DNA of 54,781 bases, from assembly GCA_046758445.1 (NCBI GenBank), contig JBHIAE010000019.1:1-54781 (forward strand), in the 5' to 3' direction. Within the stretch, counting starts at the first letter, position 1, and the number at the start of each line of letters is the position of its first letter. The notes under the pieces were generated by a model, which was not told the DNA's origin, searched no databases, and saw only the letters and a program-made list of their open reading frames with translations. Of the stretch, positions 48,733-54,781 are shown piece after piece. Source of the stretch: Candidatus Thorarchaeota archaeon. Lineage in GTDB: Archaea; Asgardarchaeota; Thorarchaeia; Thorarchaeales; Thorarchaeaceae. Position numbers and translations under genes: made by a program.

Positions 48733-49053
48733 ATGATGTCCTGTAGTACTGAGAAAGACCTTGTCGAGTGGCTCTCTGAGGAGTTCGATGAGAGGGAGAT
48801 ACTCGCGTGCCTATCGATTCTTGAAACCGCTTTTCAGACTGACGAGTGGAGGGGTGAGTCCTATCCCAAGGACGATTGTGTCGAGGACGTGGAGCGGCTC
48901 CGAAGGGCTCTCATTGAAACTAGGACAAAAGAGGGGAGAGAGGACAAAAGAGAGAGGAGAAACCTTATCGTAGGACTGGTCCCTCCCCCGACTGGACCTC
49001 AACAATCTTCTCATAGAGAGCATTCAATCGGTTCTCGTTATATGCCGGCGTGA
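48733..49053 (+). CDS. Small acidic hypothetical protein (C-terminal part doubtful)
   Basis: TTATTAAA box about 25 nt upstream; first about 65 aa look helical; the last 89 bp overlap the convergent gene. Confidence 0.4.
   Translation: MMSCSTEKDLVEWLSEEFDEREILACLSILETAFQTDEWRGESYPKDDCVEDVERLRRALIETRTKEGREDKRERRNLIVGLVPPPTGPQQSSHREHSIGSRYMPA
48922..48959. repeat. Tandem direct repeat AGGACAAAAGAG x2 (19-bp period); reads as oligo-T/pyrimidine terminator on the minus strand
   Basis: Copies at 48922-48933 and 48941-48952, just downstream of the minus-strand stop at 48965. Confidence 0.6.
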
Positions 49054-49885
49054 GTCCCTTTTTCTGCCAGATTGTATTCCATCTGTGATAGACCTTCACA
49101 AGCCATGGACTAACTTTCTCGAGGTTGGGGTGGATGCCTAAGGGCATCATCACCTCAGCACTGGCATGGATGCGAACCTTTCCTTCCTTGATCTTGAAGC
49201 TCGGCGGGAGGTCGAGCTTGAAGAAGTAAGGGCCAAAGAACGTCCGTTCTCTCACCCGTACATACTTTGAGCGATACCTCCCCTCAACGCTCTTCTTCTT
49301 GAGCTTTACATCGGTGAGCCCATCAAGATAGACATAGTCCACATTCGTCACGAAGGGCTTCTCCTTCCAGTCATCATAGAAGAGTCTGTCGCAAGAGAAT
49401 TGTCCCGCGAATCGTCCTGCTGCAAGCAGTCTTTTGTTTGTCAGTACTAGTAGGGCACCGCGACCTGTATCCGCGCTGTTCACTCCTAGCCGCCCGTACT
49501 CATAGTACAAGGGGTCTTCTTCTGCTTCGAAGACCCCTGCGTCCCGAAGCATGTGTATCATTATCTCATACCCGCTCGGATGTCCCTCCTTGTCCCTGTG
49601 ATAGAGAAGTGAACTGGCAATGGGTTTTGTGTCTAGTTTCTTCGTGGCGTATGAGATGATGTGGGCGATCTCGGGAAAATGGCTCTTGTTGGCAAGGCTC
49701 AAGTGTTCAATGGCCCTAGACCACAACGCGTCCCGTTGTTCAGCTGTCAATGGTCTCTCCTCTAGCAGGGCCTCATTCCTGAGTTCCATCACCGGAACCC
49801 CATATCCGGAGTAGTTAGGATCCTCTACTTCTGACAGGCAACTGTCAAGCCGTTCGTAGTAGTCATCTGCACTCACCCTATGCAC
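48965..49885 (-). CDS. Hypothetical protein with PH/GRAM-like domain
   Basis: GALLVLTNKRLLAAG...YLDGLTDVKL is a typical PH-like core; start overlaps or abuts the upstream stop. Confidence 0.6.
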   Translation of the reverse strand: MHRVSADDYYERLDSCLSEVEDPNYSGYGVPVMELRNEALLEERPLTAEQRDALWSRAIEHLSLANKSHFPEIAHIISYATKKLDTKPIASSLLYHRDKEGHPSGYEIMIHMLRDAGVFEAEEDPLYYEYGRLGVNSADTGRGALLVLTNKRLLAAGRFAGQFSCDRLFYDDWKEKPFVTNVDYVYLDGLTDVKLKKKSVEGRYRSKYVRVRERTFFGPYFFKLDLPPSFKIKEGKVRIHASAEVMMPLGIHPNLEKVSPWLVKVYHRWNTIWQKKGLTPAYNENRLNALYEKIVEVQSGEGPVLR

Positions 49886-51149
49886 TTCCGTACGAAGTTG
49901 CCATCATTATGGTTGCTAGCTGTATTCCGAAACTTGCAATGCTCAATGCCTTGAGAACGGTCTGGGCCCTATATACGTTCTTGAGTCCCCAACTTGAGAA
50001 GACAGACCGTGACCTGAAAATACTTCTGAGGAATCCAAGACTCTTTAGCTCGCTAAGCGCATTGCTGTAGCTCAACTGATTCGCCTCGGTTATCAAGTTT
50101 CGTGTGGATAGGGCCCCAATTATCGAGGCCATGAGCAGCCCCTGAAATACGAGTTCAGCAAAGAAGCCAGCATCACCAAATGCAGACCCGATTGCTCCAA
50201 GAGTGAATAGGAACATCGTCCCGCTGACGAGATGGGCGAACTGGTGACTCACGTGCTTGATGGCCCAATTCGAGAGTTGTCCGGCGCGGCCGAGTAGGTC
50301 TATTCCCCATCCAAAGGTTGAAAGACGTAGACTTGCAGAGCGCAAGAGGGATTCGGCTTCTCCGGCTAAGAAAGCATCAGGAAGCTTGGCCGCTTCCAGA
50401 TAGGAATGTACAGAACCTCTCATTCCGGAGAATCCACTGAGGACGGCACCCACAGCCATGAAAGTGACCTGAGTCAGCACAAGGTTGATAGCTTGGTTAC
50501 TGTGGAACTGGAAGAAACTGAACTCGTGTCCACTCTTGATGAATTCAGGCACAAGGGGAGTGACACCGACATTGCCAGTTTCAAGGTATGTCTGCAGGTT
50601 CTTCCGCGCATTTTTCATCGCCCAAGCACCTCTGAGAAGGACTTTGAGACCCTCATCAAGAACAGAGAAACCTAGGGTGTTGCCCGTTATCATGTCCAGA
50701 CCGAAGAGAAACATTGGTGCACCGGTTAACACGCTGGCGCCACCAGTAAGGTGCGGCACCGCCATTTGGGCAGCTCCAGCCACCATCATTAGAACACCAA
50801 CGCAGATCATGACCGGTTTCAACATTTCATGAGACGCTTCGAGCTCTTTCCACTTTGTAAGATACTCGTCTTCATACGTTGTGTCCAAGGCAACACGCTG
50901 AAATTCGTAGCCAAAGGCGACCAGATTGGACATAGCACCCACGATGTCGCCTTCAGAAAGTGAAGCAGGGTCATCCCTATAGATGGTGGTTACAAGCAGT
51001 GGTGAGATCACTGTCGGGTTTGCGTCACTGGTGTCAATGAGGAACCTTTTCTTGTATCGCTCGTAAGACCGCTGCCTACCTGCTTCGCTCCTAGCCGCAA
51101 TAGCATGCTGTTTCAGCCATTCCATGTCAGAATCGTCAGCTGACTTCAT
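49878..51149 (-). CDS. Hydrophobic, Gly/Ala-rich multi-TM hypothetical protein (possibly the C-terminal part of a longer ORF)
   Basis: Several hydrophobic segments (VMICVGVLMMVAGAA, MFLFTLGAIGSAFG, IASFGIQLATIMMA); same frame as 51150..52424, separated only by TGA. Confidence 0.7.
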   Translation of the reverse strand: MKSADDSDMEWLKQHAIAARSEAGRQRSYERYKKRFLIDTSDANPTVISPLLVTTIYRDDPASLSEGDIVGAMSNLVAFGYEFQRVALDTTYEDEYLTKWKELEASHEMLKPVMICVGVLMMVAGAAQMAVPHLTGGASVLTGAPMFLFGLDMITGNTLGFSVLDEGLKVLLRGAWAMKNARKNLQTYLETGNVGVTPLVPEFIKSGHEFSFFQFHSNQAINLVLTQVTFMAVGAVLSGFSGMRGSVHSYLEAAKLPDAFLAGEAESLLRSASLRLSTFGWGIDLLGRAGQLSNWAIKHVSHQFAHLVSGTMFLFTLGAIGSAFGDAGFFAELVFQGLLMASIIGALSTRNLITEANQLSYSNALSELKSLGFLRSIFRSRSVFSSWGLKNVYRAQTVLKALSIASFGIQLATIMMATSYGSA

Positions 51150-52424
51150 TCACTTTACAGGGTCAGGCACTTCAGGAGCCAATTGGTCAAGGTCGAACGT
51201 GATTGTGTTTGTGTCCTCAGTGATTGTCATTTCCCTCGTTATTATCCAGTCGTCTAGCCTAAGCTCGGCAACTAAGTACAAGGGCCCTGACTGTAGCTCA
51301 CTCTGGAGGTCAGTGGTATTCAGGTCGAACTCGACCCTGTTCATCTGCACAATTGGATACCTGATGGTGGGATAGTCAAATGATGACTTTGGGGTTTCTC
51401 CAGTGTGCGGATTTACATAGTCATAGTGTAGCTTGAAAGCAAGTTGACCTGCCTCCCCGTCCCACTTGGACATCTCCTGTCCGGGCTGTCTTATCTTGAT
51501 TGTGTCATTGAAGCTGTACTCCACCTCTTCTCCATATGTCACATCTTCATTGAAGGAGGCCCAGTCCGCACCGTCATAATCGCTAGCTTCCTCTGTGAAC
51601 ACATCCAGAGTTCCACTGTCGTCGACCCACTCCTGTGTCCAACCCTCTTGAGCCAAGACCTGAATCTTGTCGAACCTCTCCACTCCCACTCGTACGTCGC
51701 TGATGGACTGCTTCTTGGGGGATGCACCCCACAGGTTCATGAGGTTGTGGGAAGCAATCACCTGCATGAAGAGGCCGGACAAGCTGGAGTTGGAGATGAT
51801 GTGGTCGTAGGTTATCTGAGAGGACAGACCATAGGACACCACTCCTCCGCCCCGGGCATCGGCCTGAAGTGATATTGGGTTCGCCATGGAGGATGCTGAA
51901 CCTTCGAAGCCGGCGTAGTCTATGAACTTCCTGCCCTTCTGTCGGAGCTCGTCAAGGCTTGATGCCTGTATGCCCTCGAAGGGCTCTAGGCTGCTATGAA
52001 AGTTAAAGAACTCGTAACCGTGTTCTCGTTTGCTGCCGAATCGGAGATTAATTCCTTGAACTATCTGCAGACCGAGGATGTGAACGATGCCGTCTCTGAG
52101 TGTGCCCTGCCTCACCCCCCAGCCAATATCCTTGCTAGAGAACAACCATTGTCGAAGGGCAAGGACCGACTCTGTTACGTAATACGGCGGTGTTGGTTCT
52201 GGTGGTATGAAGGAGGGTCTTTGGTATCCAGGACTACGGAGTTTGGTTAGCCGGTCTAACTTCGAAACGTCTTGTGTAGTCGGTGTGGGTACAATCCTCA
52301 ATTCAGATACGACCTCAGACCAACCATGCTCACGGATGATTCCGTCCACTGCCGCGTCAAGCTCCTCGTGCCTGCGAAGTCGGATAAGTCTGGCCAGTGG
52401 TCGCTCCTCAATCATGCCCATCAC
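51150..52424 (-). CDS. Hypothetical protein with acidic beta-rich region (possibly the N-terminal part of a longer ORF)
   Basis: 424-aa ORF ending PDPVK-TGA with the next ATG immediately after, in frame. Confidence 0.65.
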   Translation of the reverse strand: MMGMIEERPLARLIRLRRHEELDAAVDGIIREHGWSEVVSELRIVPTPTTQDVSKLDRLTKLRSPGYQRPSFIPPEPTPPYYVTESVLALRQWLFSSKDIGWGVRQGTLRDGIVHILGLQIVQGINLRFGSKREHGYEFFNFHSSLEPFEGIQASSLDELRQKGRKFIDYAGFEGSASSMANPISLQADARGGGVVSYGLSSQITYDHIISNSSLSGLFMQVIASHNLMNLWGASPKKQSISDVRVGVERFDKIQVLAQEGWTQEWVDDSGTLDVFTEEASDYDGADWASFNEDVTYGEEVEYSFNDTIKIRQPGQEMSKWDGEAGQLAFKLHYDYVNPHTGETPKSSFDYPTIRYPIVQMNRVEFDLNTTDLQSELQSGPLYLVAELRLDDWIITREMTITEDTNTITFDLDQLAPEVPDPVK

Positions 52425-52484
52425 AACCTAGACAGATTCCTCGATACAAGACTGTTTCTACGCTTATTCGAAAAGAAACACGGG

Positions 52485-52883
52485 TCAAAACGTCAGCCCC
52501 TTGTACGTCTTCCTAAGGTACGCCTCCATCTTGTGCGGTTCCAGCGGGACCTCAGAAACAGGAATGACCTCCACCGCATACTCGAAACTAGGGTTGTTCT
52601 TCTTGTACTTGACCTTCTTCTCCTCGGCTATGGTGTCGGAGGGCTCTGACTCAATCTCGTAGATCATCCCATAGGTGATGTCCACGATATCAGCCACTCC
52701 CTTCCCAATCTTGACCTCTGTGGCGCAGTGTCTTCCATTGTCCACGATTATCTTGGTGACGGCAGCCTTGATGAGGAAGTGTTCCATTGTCTCACTGCCG
52801 GAGTTGTGTCGTACTGAGTTCAGGACCTCCTTCCAAGAACCGAGTTGAATCTTGTTCGCCTTCAGACACCACCTGATCTCCAT
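52485..52883 (-). CDS. Small PD-(D/E)xK-fold nuclease-like protein
   Basis: ET.EH..IK helix, then TEV..G.GVADIVD and YEIES (E...D...ExE variant). Start moved to ATG 52883, 10 bp after the upstream stop. Confidence 0.65.
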   Translation of the reverse strand: MEIRWCLKANKIQLGSWKEVLNSVRHNSGSETMEHFLIKAAVTKIIVDNGRHCATEVKIGKGVADIVDITYGMIYEIESEPSDTIAEEKKVKYKKNNPSFEYAVEVIPVSEVPLEPHKMEAYLRKTYKGLTF

Positions 52884-52893
52884 GACTTCGTCC

Positions 52894-53868
52894 TTAGTCA
52901 GTTGCACCAATCTTGAACTCCTCCAGAGTTGTCTGCTTGTTGCTTGTGTGACACTGGACAGCACAGTTCCGACATCCGACCCAGCATGCATCCTTCTCGT
53001 ACAGGACACCAGCTGTCCAGTTGTGGTTGTGGGCGCTGAATCTGTGACGCTTGGTCGTGGGAGCCTTGAAGTACGCCCAGTCTGCCAGATACTTCCAGTT
53101 CGGATTGTACTCCTTCTTGCCCCTCATCACACGAGCAGGGTTCTCTAGGACCAAGGGCGACCTCTCTGATGTTGCACCTAGCTCCCCGCTCATCAGTTGA
53201 TCCTGTCTGCTCCACAGACGAAGACCCTCATGGGTCGTGTCATCGAAGTGGAATGACACAGGACGCCACACGAAGTGACCCCCAATCTGGAGGTAGGACC
53301 TACACATGTTGACTCTCGGTCTGAGAAAGTCGTCGCTGTCGAAGCCCGATACTGTGGCGTGGACCATCGCGCCGTGGTCGACAAGTTCCCTCATCTGTGA
53401 CTTGGTGGGCCTCTTCCAAAGCCTTGAGAACACCACAGGAGTCACGCCAAACTTCCGTGATAGATCACAGACTTGGACCACCTTGTCCCATGCAAGACCG
53501 GGCTCACTCATCACACCGATTCGGACCCAACCGATTCGCTCAGCGACCTTCATCAACTGAGGTCTTAGGACATCAGGGTTGAATAGCATCTCCACAGGAG
53601 TTGTGAAGTCCGCGCTGAGCTTCTTGCACCCAAAGCCCACATAGCAGCCCCAAGGACAGTTCTTGAATGAGTAGTAGGGACACCCGTACACGACGTCTAT
53701 CGTGTTCTTCCTGTTCTTGGAGTTGCCACGTACCTCGATGTCGCGGGGAATGAAGTGACCGGTCTCAGGGTCAATCCACTTGGCCGTCCTACGCTTGGCC
53801 TCGGACAGGAGCACCGTGCCATCCAGACACATCTGGACCACTTGCTGCAGGTCGGACTCGACTGTCAC
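52894..53868 (-). CDS. Non-canonical SPL-like radical SAM protein B with C-terminal 4-Cys cluster and PIP-box-like tail
   Basis: DVVYGCPYYSFKNCPWGCY (Cx7Cx3C), VRIGVMSEP, HATVSGFD, CWVGCRNCAVQC and QTTLEEF. GTG 53868 overlaps the upstream TGA (GTGA). Confidence 0.7.
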   Translation of the reverse strand: MTVESDLQQVVQMCLDGTVLLSEAKRRTAKWIDPETGHFIPRDIEVRGNSKNRKNTIDVVYGCPYYSFKNCPWGCYVGFGCKKLSADFTTPVEMLFNPDVLRPQLMKVAERIGWVRIGVMSEPGLAWDKVVQVCDLSRKFGVTPVVFSRLWKRPTKSQMRELVDHGAMVHATVSGFDSDDFLRPRVNMCRSYLQIGGHFVWRPVSFHFDDTTHEGLRLWSRQDQLMSGELGATSERSPLVLENPARVMRGKKEYNPNWKYLADWAYFKAPTTKRHRFSAHNHNWTAGVLYEKDACWVGCRNCAVQCHTSNKQTTLEEFKIGATD

Positions 53869-54781
53869 TCCCACACCCTCGGATGACTCATGCACTTGTT
53901 GAGGCACTCGTAGCACTTGCTGTAGCACCCGCGACTTCCGTATCCCACATCGTGGGCACTCCGCCAACGGTTGCTGATTCGCCCGTCAGTGTTGGAGATG
54001 GTAGGACCGTATCGGGACAGGTCTAGGTGTCTGTTGACTGGACTCTTGCCCCGAATCCTAAGGGGCTGTTGGAATGAGTAGTCCAGTGCCATCAGACCAT
54101 CCTGGGACTCCCACAGGTCAGACTCCTCATCACCGAACCATGCGGTTATCACTCTGCCAACGATTCGTCCGCCAAGCTCCTCGTATCTCTCAAGGTTCCT
54201 CAGAATCCTGTCAATGTGCAGGGGTGGATCTAGAGCGCTCACCGAGCCATGTACGATAGCCTCTGCCCTGACCAGCCTTTCCAAAATGAGCAAATGCGGC
54301 TCGATGGCAAACCTAGTGAGGAGAACGGTGGTCTTATCGAAGAGGTCGCAGAACTCGGCTGTGTCCGCAGCCAGTGACCAGTCGCAGGACGGTTCACCGT
54401 TCACGCCATTCCTCACAATGTCCGACTTGATGCGCTCTAGATCCCTGCTTAGTGCCTGCTCGTTCAGGCGATTGCTCACTGGTATCCAGTACATCATATG
54501 GTAGCGGGCCATGCTCTCAGAGAGGTAACAGTGGCCGTAGCATCCATGTCCCTGATACACAGCAGCGAACGGGCAACCACGGACTGTGTCCAGAAGAAAG
54601 CCAATGTCCGTGATGTTCCGCCTTCCATAGTCCTTCCCCCTGGGAGTCACGTTGGTCTTGTTGTTCCCAAAGAGATGAATTTCACGGGACTGAAAAGGCA
54701 TCCACGGCCTGCTCTCTCGAATGGTGATGGTCTTGGGGTATGCCAGTGTGGACTGTTGATAACCACACTGCAAGAGGCTGG
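53865..54781 (-). CDS. Non-canonical SPL-like radical SAM protein A (frame open to the right edge, start may lie outside)
   Basis: DTVRGCPFAAVYQGHGCYGHCY (Cx10Cx3C), VRNGVNGEP, HGSVSALD and CYSKCYECLNKC; colinear with paralog B. Confidence 0.7.
   Translation of the reverse strand, partial: SLLQCGYQQSTLAYPKTITIRESRPWMPFQSREIHLFGNNKTNVTPRGKDYGRRNITDIGFLLDTVRGCPFAAVYQGHGCYGHCYLSESMARYHMMYWIPVSNRLNEQALSRDLERIKSDIVRNGVNGEPSCDWSLAADTAEFCDLFDKTTVLLTRFAIEPHLLILERLVRAEAIVHGSVSALDPPLHIDRILRNLERYEELGGRIVGRVITAWFGDEESDLWESQDGLMALDYSFQQPLRIRGKSPVNRHLDLSRYGPTISNTDGRISNRWRSAHDVGYGSRGCYSKCYECLNKCMSHPRVWE

Larger units (their letters stand above)
47700..54781. mobile_element. Probable left part of an integrated element (provirus/MGE-like island); boundary approximate
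   Basis: Abrupt switch from recognisable housekeeping genes to mostly co-oriented genes of unknown function, phage-style radical SAM paralogs and a nuclease. Spot counts suggest slightly higher GC. No integrase or att site in the window. Confidence 0.45.

Noticed and set aside
51150-51152. Firm selenocysteine call for the in-frame TGA
   Set aside because: No CxxU/UxxC-type context and no SECIS recognised; kept only as one alternative.
52884-53009. N-terminal extensions given by the ORF track for the nuclease (and 53869-53967 for radical SAM B)
   Set aside because: They overlap the upstream genes extensively; coupled internal starts at 52883 and 53868 are more plausible.
1-54781. CRISPR arrays, rRNA/tRNA genes, IS elements, integrases and pyrrolysine TAG read-through
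   Set aside because: No regularly spaced repeats, RNA-gene signatures or transposase/recombinase motifs seen by eye; the TAG stops I checked have no convincing in-frame continuation.

Overview
Archaeal chromosome segment, most probably an Asgard archaeon (Thorarchaeota-like). This assignment is inferred from the archaeal-type MAT, GlyRS, TrpRS, CoaD, AdkA/Fap7 and Nre, the TATA-type promoters, the style of one histidine kinase core and several eukaryote-like proteins. About 1-47.6 kb is densely coding housekeeping and accessory DNA: ferritin, M28 peptidase, RACo-like ATPase, class II HMG-CoA reductase, AlaX, NhaP, TldD/E, pirin, PduO, a ZnuABC-type transporter, two orphan histidine kinases, an SPFH protein, an orphan N6-adenine methyltransferase, GNATs and DUF89. 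Candidate eukaryotic-signature genes here are a convergent pair of alpha-SNAP-like TPR proteins (one with two Ig-like domains) and a CINP/C1orf109-like helical protein. From about 47.7 kb to the right edge the genes are of unknown function and virus/MGE-like. The best candidate for an undescribed system is a tightly coupled operon of two paralogous non-canonical SPL-like radical SAM proteins (Cx7-10Cx3C plus a C-terminal Cx3Cx2Cx3C; one ends in a PIP-box-like QTTLEEF) followed by a small PD-(D/E)xK nuclease. Next to it are two ORFs in the same frame separated only by a TGA (848 codons if read through), sharing a repeated motif and ending in a hydrophobic toxin-like C-terminus, followed by a PH-like protein. 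No tRNA, rRNA, CRISPR array, integrase or transposase was seen. All family assignments are by eye from motifs; no searches were run.
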